Of a stretch of 64,000 nt of DNA, positions 17,194 through 25,503 are shown in pieces. The notes beneath the pieces are model-generated. The model worked only from the letters and a program-made list of their open reading frames with translations. It searched no databases and was not told the origin of the DNA. The position numbers and the translations under genes were made by a program. The number at the start of each line of letters is the position of its first letter. The first letter of the stretch is position 1. The stretch is from a virus: IMG/VR virus record IMGVR_UViG_3300050120_000170, positions 1 through 64,000 of that record; one strand, written 5' to 3'.

Positions 17194-17223
17194 CTTTACT
17201 TCGTCTCGGACCACGCGCATGAT
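17194..17223 (+). promoter_or_regulatory. CTTTACTTCGTCTC-type promoter (TTTACT-N17-CATGAT)
   Basis: Exact 14-mer immediately after the helicase stop. Followed by a CTCAGGAGGA SD and the ATG at 17250. Confidence 0.5.
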
Positions 17224-17249
17224 ACCGGATTAGACTGTCTCAGGAGGAC

Positions 17250-17717
17250 ATGATGTTCATATGTAGCGGGAGCCTAGACTACGGGGCTGGGAATACAATA
17301 GCCGAGCTGAGTGATCTTCAGTACGGTTTACTGCGTGGGGCGGTGACGTCCGAGTTCGCAAAGAAGCTGCCCGAGAACCGTTCGGAGTTCAAGCCGGACG
17401 ACTTCCACGGCTGGTCCGAGTGCGTCATGGACGACGTGGAGGTGGAGGCGTTTACCAGGTACGGTATGGAGGTCAAGATGAAGACCGTCCGGGGCCTATC
17501 TAGGGGGGACGCAGGCCCGGTGGTACAGCACGTCACTCAGATTAGTCTTGCCAACATCGGTCTGTTGGAGGTGGATGAGGTCACGTACCAGGAGGACTGC
17601 TGTACGGACGAGCTTCAATCTCTACTAGACGGAGGCTGGCGTATCCTGTGCGTGTGTCCACCAAAGGACGCGCGTAGACCCACCTACATACTCGGACGGC
17701 GGAGGGACAAGAAGTGA
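17250..17717 (+). CDS. hypothetical protein (first gene of modification island)
   Basis: 155-aa ORF. C-terminal DELQSLLDGGWRILCVCP..RRPTYILGR. No function recognised. Confidence 0.55.
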   Translation: MMFICSGSLDYGAGNTIAELSDLQYGLLRGAVTSEFAKKLPENRSEFKPDDFHGWSECVMDDVEVEAFTRYGMEVKMKTVRGLSRGDAGPVVQHVTQISLANIGLLEVDEVTYQEDCCTDELQSLLDGGWRILCVCPPKDARRPTYILGRRRDKK

Positions 17718-18616
17718 CGGACGGTGTAGAGCGGCTCAAGACCTGGATCGTGGAGCGAGAGGCCACCCGGTTCCGCAAGGAGAACAATCTCCCCATGGAC
17801 AACGTCCCGGACGGGAAGGGTGGTACCCGTCCGATCTGGACCGAGGACCCGATCATTGGGGCTTACCGTTTCTGTAACGTCCGGCGGGAAGACGACCGAG
17901 TGACGAAGTGGATAGCCAAGAATTGGCGGACCCCGAACCAGGACGACCCGGACCTCTGGTTTGCGATGCTGGTCGCCCGGTTCATCAATTGGCCGGATAC
18001 GCTGGAGCAGTTGGGCTATCCTATCCTACATACCGGAGCCGAGGCCGCCTGGTCCCTGAGCAAGTTCCTCCAGGTGATGGCCGCTCGGAAAGCACGCAAG
18101 TTGAAGTGCTACACCGGAGCCTATATGGTCCGGGCGGACCGGGATCACGCGGACAAGGCGGCCTACCAGGAGGCCGTCGTGTTCACCCCGATGTGGAAGA
18201 ACCGCTATGCACTACGCCCAAAGAAGGGTGATACGCTAAACAGCTATCATATGCTCCTCGGTCAGTTTCACGGCCTCGGCTCGTTTATGGCGGCCCAGAT
18301 CGTCGCTGACTTGAAGTACGTTGCGCCGCTCTCTAGCGCCTCGGACTGGTGGACGTTCGCGGCCTCCGGGCCGGGATCGCGGCGGGGCATGAACCGGGTT
18401 GCGGGTCGTAAGCCTGACGCCCCCTACACCGAGGACGAATGGCGGGCGGACCTCGGACGGCTTTACCAGAAATTGAGGGAGATGCCTCTCAAAAACGAGG
18501 AGCACAACCTGTTGGAGGGCCTCCACGCCCAGGACATCCAGAATTGTCTCTGCGAGTTCGACAAATACGAACGGGTCCGGCTCGGCGAGGGGCGACCCCG
18601 GAGCAAGTATCCATAA
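17714..18616 (+). CDS. aGPT-pyrophosphorylase-like DNA base hypermodification protein (paralog 1, tentative)
   Basis: WTEDPIIGAYRFCNVRREDDRVTKWI..DDPDLWFAMLVARFINWPDTL recalls the conserved N-terminus of alpha-glutamyl/putrescinyl thymine pyrophosphorylase clade proteins. Recalled from memory, not searched. Confidence 0.5.
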   Translation: MTDGVERLKTWIVEREATRFRKENNLPMDNVPDGKGGTRPIWTEDPIIGAYRFCNVRREDDRVTKWIAKNWRTPNQDDPDLWFAMLVARFINWPDTLEQLGYPILHTGAEAAWSLSKFLQVMAARKARKLKCYTGAYMVRADRDHADKAAYQEAVVFTPMWKNRYALRPKKGDTLNSYHMLLGQFHGLGSFMAAQIVADLKYVAPLSSASDWWTFAASGPGSRRGMNRVAGRKPDAPYTEDEWRADLGRLYQKLREMPLKNEEHNLLEGLHAQDIQNCLCEFDKYERVRLGEGRPRSKYP

Positions 18617-18626
18617 CCAAGGGAGA

Positions 18627-18827
18627 ATGATGATGTTACCCACCAACGAGATTAAACCCAAGGTGGACCTCATAATCGGGACATACCTCAAGGGCGTGAA
18701 GACCCGTCCCGAGGATCAAGCCGTTATCGAAGCGGCAACGGCGCTGGTTACTTCCACCCTGGAGGCCTTCCATGATTTGGTCTACTACATCCAGGAGATT
18801 GAAGGTATTGAGAGGCGACGCCGATGA
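18627..18827 (+). CDS. hypothetical protein
   Basis: 66-aa ORF with a GGGAGA SD, coupled to the neighbouring genes. Confidence 0.45.
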   Translation: MMMLPTNEIKPKVDLIIGTYLKGVKTRPEDQAVIEAATALVTSTLEAFHDLVYYIQEIEGIERRRR

Positions 18828-19726
18828 AAAACCCGATGTGCGTGGAGGGCACTCCTCTGGAGCATTACCCAGAGCTAGGGCTCTGGGTAAAGCGCGAAGA
18901 TTTGTGCTGCCCGCCCGGTCCTCATTTCTCCAAGACCCGGGGCGTGTACGCGCACATCAAGAACCGCCCCGAGGCGGTGATTGGGTGCCTCGATACGTCG
19001 CACTCGCAGGGCGGTTGGGCGACGGCGCAAGCGTGTAAGCTCCTCGGCAAAAAGGCCGTGGTCTTCTACCCCGAGACCGTGAAGATGAGGCGGGACGGAT
19101 ACGAGTTCCAGGAGCAACAACTGCGTCCCCGGGCGCTTGGAGCCTCGCTGGCTCCGCTTCAGGCCGGACGTTCCGCCGTCCTATATCACGCGGCCAAGAA
19201 GAAGCTACGCAAAATCGTCCCCAGCCGGGCCTCGGTCTACATGATGCCCAACGCCCTCAAACTCCCAGAGATGATTGACGAGACCGTGGCCGAGGTCCTC
19301 CGGACGCCCCTCCCCCCGGTTGACCTCGTCATCGTGTCCGCGTCCTCGGGGACGATAGCGGCGGGAGTAATCTCCGGCTTAACCCGGCTCGGCTACACCG
19401 GGGGGATCGTCGTCCACCAGGGGTACAGCCGCCCGGCCCACACCATTCGGAACTATATGGCCACGATGGTGGCTGAGTATTCCAACCGGCTCCTAGTCGC
19501 TCAGAAGCATCCGCATCAGCGCGGGGACGTGGATATTCAGCTCTGGCGGGAGGACTTTACGCTCGTGGACGAGGGTTACAGTTATGGGGACTCAGCTCCG
19601 GCGATCCGGGAGGATCAGGTCCCGTTCCCGTCCAACAAGTTCTATGACCGGAAGGCCCTCTGGTGGTGGTTGGATCAGGGCCGGAAGGTCCACAAGGGCG
19701 AGGTTCTCCTCTGGAACATCGGGTGA
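18824..19726 (+). CDS. PLP-dependent enzyme, tryptophan-synthase-beta/ACC-deaminase-like fold
   Basis: LWVKREDL..FSKTRG (putative PLP lysine) and the SASSGTIAAGV glycine-rich phosphate loop. Confidence 0.65.
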   Translation: MKNPMCVEGTPLEHYPELGLWVKREDLCCPPGPHFSKTRGVYAHIKNRPEAVIGCLDTSHSQGGWATAQACKLLGKKAVVFYPETVKMRRDGYEFQEQQLRPRALGASLAPLQAGRSAVLYHAAKKKLRKIVPSRASVYMMPNALKLPEMIDETVAEVLRTPLPPVDLVIVSASSGTIAAGVISGLTRLGYTGGIVVHQGYSRPAHTIRNYMATMVAEYSNRLLVAQKHPHQRGDVDIQLWREDFTLVDEGYSYGDSAPAIREDQVPFPSNKFYDRKALWWWLDQGRKVHKGEVLLWNIG

Positions 19727-19730
19727 CGTG

Positions 19731-19829
19731 ATGTCGTTAGAGGTCCTGGCCTGGATAGGTCTGTTTGGTTTGATTAACCCTCGGTTCGGGTTCTTCGTTC
19801 TTATGGTGTACGCCGCTCGTCATGCTTGA
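19731..19829 (+). CDS. 32-aa hydrophobic peptide (speculative)
   Basis: MSLEVLAWIGLFGLINPRFGFFVLMVYAARHA fills the gap between the PLP gene and the HNH gene. Confidence 0.25.
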   Translation: MSLEVLAWIGLFGLINPRFGFFVLMVYAARHA

Positions 19830-20223
19830 GGAGCCGCCCACCGCCGAGGAGCTGGCCCGGTTCTACAGTTTCGTGGAGAGGCTACCGAATGGCTGTCACT
19901 TCTGGGCGGGAGCGCGATCCCGGGGCAAGGGGAACACCAAGTGGTACGGGTCATTCCGGTATCGCGGGAAGGTTATACGGGCTCATCGCTTTGCTCACGA
20001 TTACATTGGTGGGAAGTCTTGTCCACCTGGGTATCATCGGGACCACACTTGCGTGTTTAGTCTTTGCGTTAATCCGGAGCACCTGGAGGCGATTACCCGA
20101 GAGGAAAACGAGCGGCGGAAACGGGAGCGGGCATTGGCGGCGGCGGTAATCAAGATCACCTTAACGGTGACGAACGTAGTCAAGAAGGTGACACAGCACG
20201 CGGTAGCGGTGCCGGGCTTGTAA
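19822..20223 (+). CDS. free-standing HNH endonuclease (homing-type)
   Basis: CHFWAGARSRGKGNTKWYGSFRYRGKVIRAHRFAH..YHRDHTCVFSLCVNPEHLEAITREEN, the classic phage HNH_3 pattern. Confidence 0.8.
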   Translation: MLEEPPTAEELARFYSFVERLPNGCHFWAGARSRGKGNTKWYGSFRYRGKVIRAHRFAHDYIGGKSCPPGYHRDHTCVFSLCVNPEHLEAITREENERRKRERALAAAVIKITLTVTNVVKKVTQHAVAVPGL

Positions 20224-20361
20224 CGCCGAGGGCTTCATAGAGGGCCACGGCCTCCCGTCCCATATGAAGTGCGAGGCGGGACCGGGTATTCTGGTCCACA
20301 AGCGATACTGCGAGATGAATGAACACCTGCTCTCGGACGGGCGGATCAAGGAAGACAGCCT

Positions 20362-20520
20362 ATGACCTACAGTTGGTTGACCGATGAGCAGTTAGAAGCG
20401 AAATGTGAGGAGTTGCGGGCTCGGGCGCACGACGCCAACAAACAAAACTACGATGCGCGGGCCCATGACTGGGAAGTGGCCAGCAACGAATTGGAACGCC
20501 GGAAGGCTTTGAAGAAGTGA
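20362..20520 (+). CDS. 52-aa helical protein (speculative)
   Basis: Below the ORF track's length cutoff. MTYSWLTDEQLEAKCEELRARAHD.. with a GTGA overlap to the next gene. Confidence 0.3.
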   Translation: MTYSWLTDEQLEAKCEELRARAHDANKQNYDARAHDWEVASNELERRKALKK

Positions 20521-20933
20521 AACGGTTCGACAACATATCAACCGAGGACCTTACCCAACAGGAGCACGACCTGCGGACGGAGGCTTGTCTCATGAAGTTG
20601 GAGGTTCAGAGGCGAATGCTGGCCGATTGCCCCGCGAAGTGCGGTTGGGTCTACCCGATTATTGACGGGCGTTTTAAGGGCCGGTATATAATGGTGTCCC
20701 AAGTTATCGTGGAGTACAAGGATCGCTGGGAGACACAGGGAAAGACGAAGAAGCCCTGCGGGTTCGTCTGTACTATCCACGGGGTCCTGAGGGGGACCTC
20801 TACGAGGAGAGACGGCTTTAACATCAATCACATCGTCCTCTGGAACAGCACTTTAGACTACACGAAGGGAGTCAAGGGACCCCGAGACTATAACCAATAT
20901 CACCATACATCCGGGAACGAGGACGACGAATAA
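20517..20933 (+). CDS. hypothetical protein
   Basis: 138-aa ORF. Visibly lower GC than its neighbours. Confidence 0.5.
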   Translation: MKRFDNISTEDLTQQEHDLRTEACLMKLEVQRRMLADCPAKCGWVYPIIDGRFKGRYIMVSQVIVEYKDRWETQGKTKKPCGFVCTIHGVLRGTSTRRDGFNINHIVLWNSTLDYTKGVKGPRDYNQYHHTSGNEDDE

Positions 20934-22309
20934 TGGATCACGCAGCCTGGTTACGAGACGGCCTCGATGGAGCCGACGAAGAACTGAAGAAATCGTACCA
21001 ATACTTCATGCGGGTAGACCCGGATCAGCGGGACTTCCTCGGACCTATCGTTAAGATTGACGATCCGGTAACGGGACGCCAGATGCGAACCCGAGTTGGG
21101 AAGGTGGGTATGGTTCGGGGTGCCAAACCCGAGAACATGAAGGACGTCACGATCTATATGGACCCGCTGCCGCACGTCCGTATCGAGAAGGGCAAGGACC
21201 TCCAGGGCTGGTATCAGGGCAAGCAGCTCTCGGCTCCGGGATCGCGGGAGCGGCCCTGTATGACAGACGCGATCCTCACCGAGCCCTACGGCGGCTTTTG
21301 CACTGTGGGCTGCTCGTTCTGCTATATCAACTCCGGGTTCCGGGGCTATCGTGGCTCCGGCTTGATTACTGTCCCGATTGGCTATGGTGCGCACGTCCGG
21401 AAGCAGTTAGCCTCAATGCGAACCTCGGCGGCGGGATACTTCTCCAGCTTCACCGATCCGTTCCTCCCGTTGGAGGACTACTATCACAACACCGAGGAGG
21501 GCGTCCGTGCTTTTACAGATAACGGATTACCAGTCTTTTTCCTCAGCAGACTGGCGTACCCCGACTGGGCAATTGATGCCTTGCGGGCCAATCCGTATAG
21601 TTACGCCCAGAAGTCCATTAACACTCCGGACCCGGACGATTGGAAAAAACTTTCTCCTGGTGCCCTTCCACTCATGGACCATCTCGATGAGATCAGGGCA
21701 CTGCGGGCAGCTGGGATTTACGTCAGCATACAAGTCAACCCCATCATCCCCGGGATCGTAACTCACGACGACGTGGAGAAGCTTTTCGGGATGCTCGCCG
21801 AGGCCGGAGCCAACCACGTCATTGTAAAGTTCGTGGAAGCTAACCACCCCTGGGCCGGGGCGATGGTAGAACGGATCAACAAGCGGTTCGGCGACAACCG
21901 AGGCGCGGCCTTCCGGGACCTGTTCACCGAGAATAGCTGCGGAGGCCAGAAGACGGTCACCGAGGAGTATCGCCGGGAGGGCCACACCCGCTATATGAAG
22001 CGGGCGACCGAGCTGGGTATGACCTATTCGCTGTGCTACGAGTACACGAAGAAGTCTGGTGAATGGCACTCTATGGGGCCGGAGTTCATCACCTCGGACC
22101 AGTGCCACGGCCACCGGGTCCCGATGCATACGAGGAGTGGCCCGGGGCAGCCGTTCCGTCCACTCGGAGAATGCCCACCCTCGGGATGCCTGTCATGCTC
22201 GGACGGCAACCGGGGTGTGCCTCGTTGCGGCTCTGCCCTCCTCGGGGAGGCTAAGGCACTGAGGATCGCAGACCTGAGAAAAGACCCATTCAAGGAGGTA
22301 GACGCATGA
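20933..22309 (+). CDS. radical SAM enzyme (SplB/DNA-photolyase-like architecture)
   Basis: GGFCTVGCSFCYINSGFRGY carries the CxxxCxxC cluster motif. 458 aa with a Cys-rich C-terminus. Confidence 0.8.
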   Translation: MDHAAWLRDGLDGADEELKKSYQYFMRVDPDQRDFLGPIVKIDDPVTGRQMRTRVGKVGMVRGAKPENMKDVTIYMDPLPHVRIEKGKDLQGWYQGKQLSAPGSRERPCMTDAILTEPYGGFCTVGCSFCYINSGFRGYRGSGLITVPIGYGAHVRKQLASMRTSAAGYFSSFTDPFLPLEDYYHNTEEGVRAFTDNGLPVFFLSRLAYPDWAIDALRANPYSYAQKSINTPDPDDWKKLSPGALPLMDHLDEIRALRAAGIYVSIQVNPIIPGIVTHDDVEKLFGMLAEAGANHVIVKFVEANHPWAGAMVERINKRFGDNRGAAFRDLFTENSCGGQKTVTEEYRREGHTRYMKRATELGMTYSLCYEYTKKSGEWHSMGPEFITSDQCHGHRVPMHTRSGPGQPFRPLGECPPSGCLSCSDGNRGVPRCGSALLGEAKALRIADLRKDPFKEVDA

Positions 22310-22896
22310 AAATTGATCTTGATGAAGTACGCTACGGGAGCCGCTACGGTAAAGCTCCAATTCCCCGGGTTCACGGCAACGGCTTTATCCAGCTGGATAT
22401 CGGAGCCGGGCGGCGGCTCCACGTTTGGGGGCACCGGGACCTACCGAGACAGAAAGTGGATACCGGCATTCACGACCACATGTTTGACTTTATATCCACT
22501 TGTATCGCAGGGCGGGTCGTCAACGCCCACTACAAGGTTGTCGGCAGGGAACCTACTCACACGGTCTACGGTCCCGAGCCCCGGGACGGCGAGGACACGG
22601 CGCTGAGACCTTTAGACTTGGGGGGACTAACTCCGGGTAAACTCATTGATTGTCGCCCCTACGTCTACCACATGCGCCTCGTCCCCTCGGGCGAGAGCTA
22701 CAGCTTTGAGCACCGAGAGTTCCACGAGACGTTTACGGATCGCCCCTCGGCGACGATCATGCAGAAAGGTGCGAAGTATCCGGGGCGAGCCCGGGTCCTC
22801 GTCCCTATCGGCTTTGAGCCGGATAACAAGTTCAACCGGAACGATTTTCCGCCCGAGCGGCTCTGGGAGATTATCCACGAGGTTCTCCGCTACTAA
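22306..22896 (+). CDS. hypothetical His-rich protein (possible cupin-like metalloenzyme)
   Basis: HVWGH..GIHDHMFDF..FEHREFHETF His clusters. ATGA-coupled to the radical SAM gene. Confidence 0.4.
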   Translation: MKIDLDEVRYGSRYGKAPIPRVHGNGFIQLDIGAGRRLHVWGHRDLPRQKVDTGIHDHMFDFISTCIAGRVVNAHYKVVGREPTHTVYGPEPRDGEDTALRPLDLGGLTPGKLIDCRPYVYHMRLVPSGESYSFEHREFHETFTDRPSATIMQKGAKYPGRARVLVPIGFEPDNKFNRNDFPPERLWEIIHEVLRY

Positions 22897-22901
22897 CCCC
22901 G

Positions 22902-22931
22902 CTTTACTTCGTCTCTGGAGGCGTGCATGAT
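22902..22931 (+). promoter_or_regulatory. CTTTACTTCGTCTC-type promoter (TTTACT-N17-CATGAT)
   Basis: Exact 14-mer 6 nt after the stop at 22896. Same -10-like hexamer as at 17218. Confidence 0.45.
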
Positions 22932-23082
22932 CGTCCTAGAAAGAATGACCATTGAGACAAATGACGCTCACCTGGCTAACTTCTTCACGGGGTTAGAGAA
23001 GGGAAAGCGGCTCGCATTTCTAGGACGAGAATGGGCTCTGGAGAGCTACGGTGGGGGCAACGAGGGTGGGCGGTTCAAGGCT

Positions 23083-23154
23083 ATTATTAGGTTAAACGGC
23101 GCACCAAGGGAAACATGGATTATTAGGTTAAACGGCGCACCGAGGGAAACATGG
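23083..23154 (+). repeat. tandem 36-bp duplication spanning the ribosome-binding site and start codon
   Basis: ATTATTAGGTTAAACGGCGCACC(A/G)AGGGAAACATGG twice, with 1 mismatch. The second copy supplies the ATG at 23151. Confidence 0.9.
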
Positions 23155-23990
23155 CAGCAGACAGTACTAAGATCGGGGTCCGAGAGTTCGGCGACCTCCT
23201 CATTAAGACCCAGGACCTGGATCCAACGTATGTGGGCCTCCATGGTGCGGGTCTGGAAGTGGCTCAGCTCTCCCGCTGGCTCCTAGCTTACTGGTGTTTT
23301 TACCACGTGGGCCTCGCCTCCTGGCTCTCCGAACATACCAACAAGGACTATTGGCGCTGGATGGGGGAGGCGGCGGCTAATATAGCCCGGCCCCCGAATG
23401 CCCGTTACGAGCGTTGGCCCCGGGCTCCGGAACGCCGCCACTTCCGAGGTCAGAAGTGCGTGGACGCCGTTGACTGGCTCTCCAAGAAGGAGCCGGAGCA
23501 TTGGGTGGGAATGTTCCTTGACGCCCCGAACCGGGTCCGGAATGCAGGAGCCTGGACGGATAAGCAGGTTATGAAAAAGGTCCAAGATTGGCCGTTGTTC
23601 GGTCCCTGGATCGCGTTCAAGGTCGCCGATATGCTGGAGCGTTGCGCGGGCGTCCCGGTAAAGTTTGACCCCAACATCGCACTGATGTACGACGAGCCCC
23701 GGGCCGGGCTCGGGCTCTGCCAGCTCCACTCTCCGCCGGAGTACGCCCACCTGTCCCAGACGGATTGGTACAACGCCCTGTCTTTGTACTTCCGGGCGAG
23801 GCTGGCCCCCCCGGCTCGGGATCGGACTTGCGGCCCTCAGGAGGTGGAGACGGTCCTCTGTAAGTGGAAGTCCTATATGGGTGGACATTACCACCTCGGA
23901 AAGGATATCACCGATCACCGCAACGCCCTAGACGGTTGGGGGATTACGGCGGATCGGATCAAGAAGGCAATGCCGGAGGAGGTGAAATGA
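23151..23990 (+). CDS. aGPT-pyrophosphorylase-like or glycosylase-fold hypermodification protein (paralog 2, tentative)
   Basis: 279 aa. WLLAYWCFYHVGLASW..ERRHFRGQK..GPWIAFKVADMLER. Call rests on gene context and recalled family features only. Confidence 0.4.
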   Translation: MAADSTKIGVREFGDLLIKTQDLDPTYVGLHGAGLEVAQLSRWLLAYWCFYHVGLASWLSEHTNKDYWRWMGEAAANIARPPNARYERWPRAPERRHFRGQKCVDAVDWLSKKEPEHWVGMFLDAPNRVRNAGAWTDKQVMKKVQDWPLFGPWIAFKVADMLERCAGVPVKFDPNIALMYDEPRAGLGLCQLHSPPEYAHLSQTDWYNALSLYFRARLAPPARDRTCGPQEVETVLCKWKSYMGGHYHLGKDITDHRNALDGWGITADRIKKAMPEEVK

Positions 23991-24589
23991 TTGCTATCAA
24001 TATCAGGGGAACCGGGGGGAGCGGGAAGTCCACACTGGTCCGCAAGTTGATCGACCTCTACCCGAACCACGCGAATATTCTGGAGGAGAAGCGCAAGCGG
24101 GCGATGGCGACGTGCCACTGGTTCGGAGATAAGCTTAAAGACAGTCCGGCGGTTCGGCCTCCCGGCCTGTTTGTCCCGGGGCACTACGAGACGGATTGCG
24201 GCGGCTGCGACACGGTCAAGACCGTGGATAAGGTCTATGATCTGGTGCGGGCGTCCGCCCTCTGGGACGGCAACAACGTCCTCTACGAGGGGATCATGGT
24301 TATGGACGACGTGACCCGGGCCGTTGCCTTTGACCAGGATTTGAAGAAGGCCGGAGGCCGCCTGGTCGTAGTCAGCTTGACTACGACCATTGACGAATGT
24401 CTCGCAGGCATCCGGCAGAGGCGAGGCGCAGAGAAGGAGGCGGCCAAGCCCCTCAACGAGAAGAACACCCGGGACCGGATGAAGCGGCAGGAGAACAGTC
24501 TCCATCGCCTCAAGCAGGCCGGGGTGGAGCTGCGCAAGTTGTCGCGGGAGGACGCTTTCCTCCAGATCAGGGAATTGTTGGGGGTCTAG
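23987..24589 (+). CDS. P-loop kinase (5-hydroxymethyluracil DNA kinase-like)
   Basis: Start at the ATGA overlap. MIAINIRGTGGSGKSTLVRKL Walker A, about 200 aa, next to the pyrophosphorylase-like gene. Confidence 0.6.
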   Translation: MIAINIRGTGGSGKSTLVRKLIDLYPNHANILEEKRKRAMATCHWFGDKLKDSPAVRPPGLFVPGHYETDCGGCDTVKTVDKVYDLVRASALWDGNNVLYEGIMVMDDVTRAVAFDQDLKKAGGRLVVVSLTTTIDECLAGIRQRRGAEKEAAKPLNEKNTRDRMKRQENSLHRLKQAGVELRKLSREDAFLQIRELLGV

Positions 24590-25053
24590 TGAAGCCAGTT
24601 ATCGTGGGGATGAATAACCCTCTCTCGGGACGTTCGGAGCATGCGCTGTACCCGTTCCCGGAAGGGTGTACCGGACACCGGCTCTGGGTGCTTCTGAATA
24701 AGCGAACGGGGGCCTCCCAGGAGGATTACCTGGAGGCATTCGAGCGGCGGAACCTGCTTAACGAGCGGGTCTGGAATTTGAACAAGGCCCGGGACGCGGC
24801 CTCAAAGCTTATCCTGGAGATGAGGGGGCGCACCGTCCTCGTCCTCGGGGCGGAGGTCCGGACGGTTCTCAAACTGCCGGTGATGCTCGTACACCCGCAG
24901 GAATTGTGGGGCGTGACCTGGAGGCAACTCCCACATCCTTCGGGTCGTAACCCCTGGTACATGAAGGCGGGCAACCGGGAGGTCGCGGAGCTGCTCCTAG
25001 AGGAGCTGTTCCGGCTTCCACAACTAGGCCCAAGGGAGCCGATGATGCTATGA
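24589..25053 (+). CDS. uracil-DNA-glycosylase superfamily protein, SMUG-like motifs
   Basis: The GTG overlaps the TAG. VIVGMNNPLSG versus SMUG motif GMNPGP, and LPHPSGRNPWY versus HPSPRNP. Confidence 0.5.
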   Translation: MKPVIVGMNNPLSGRSEHALYPFPEGCTGHRLWVLLNKRTGASQEDYLEAFERRNLLNERVWNLNKARDAASKLILEMRGRTVLVLGAEVRTVLKLPVMLVHPQELWGVTWRQLPHPSGRNPWYMKAGNREVAELLLEELFRLPQLGPREPMML

Positions 25054-25502
25054 CGGTCCTCAGCGCACAGACGATCCTCCGGCTGGGGATCGTAATCCCC
25101 TGCCACGAGGCCTGGAAGGACGAGCACGGCAATTCCGCCGGGCTCTCGGGGTGTGGCTACGACATCACGCTGGAGAAGGAGATAGCCCTCCATCCGGGGT
25201 GCCACCTGCTCTGTGCCGCGCAGCAACAGTTTTCTCTCCCGAACAACGTCATGGGCGTCGTCCACGACAAGTCCTCGCTCGCCCGGCGGGGCCTCGCCGT
25301 CCAAAACACGGTCCTGGAACCGGGCTGGCGAGGCTTCCTGACCCTGGAGGTCACGAACCACGGCCACTCTTATATGCGCCTCGCCGAGGGAGCCGCCATT
25401 GCCCAGGTGGTGTTTCACTTCCTGGACGAGCCCACCCTCCTCCCCTACGCGGGAAAGTATCAGGACCAGGAACCCGGTCCCCAGAAGGCAAGGAGCAAGT
25501 AG
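25050..25502 (+). CDS. dcd: dCTP deaminase/dUTPase-fold enzyme
   Basis: GYDITL..DKSSLARRGLAVQNTVLEPGWRGFLTLEVTNHG, a typical Dcd/Dut beta-barrel signature. Confidence 0.8.
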   Translation: MTVLSAQTILRLGIVIPCHEAWKDEHGNSAGLSGCGYDITLEKEIALHPGCHLLCAAQQQFSLPNNVMGVVHDKSSLARRGLAVQNTVLEPGWRGFLTLEVTNHGHSYMRLAEGAAIAQVVFHFLDEPTLLPYAGKYQDQEPGPQKARSK

Positions 25503-25503
25503 A

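Noticed and set aside
20224-20361. Possible CxxC-containing coding remnant (RCRACNAEGFIEGHG..MKCEAGPGILVHKRYCEMNEH) after the HNH gene.
   Set aside because: There is no start codon until a 33-codon ATG ORF and no SD. It may be a decayed fragment of the mobile cassette, but the evidence is too weak to annotate.
22927-23286. 119-aa ORF covering the 36-bp tandem repeat.
   Set aside because: Its ATG lies inside the predicted -10 hexamer, and third-position GC is only moderate. The C-terminal third overlaps gene 23151 out of frame. It is more likely 5' UTR. A short peptide from the ATG at 22946 cannot be excluded.
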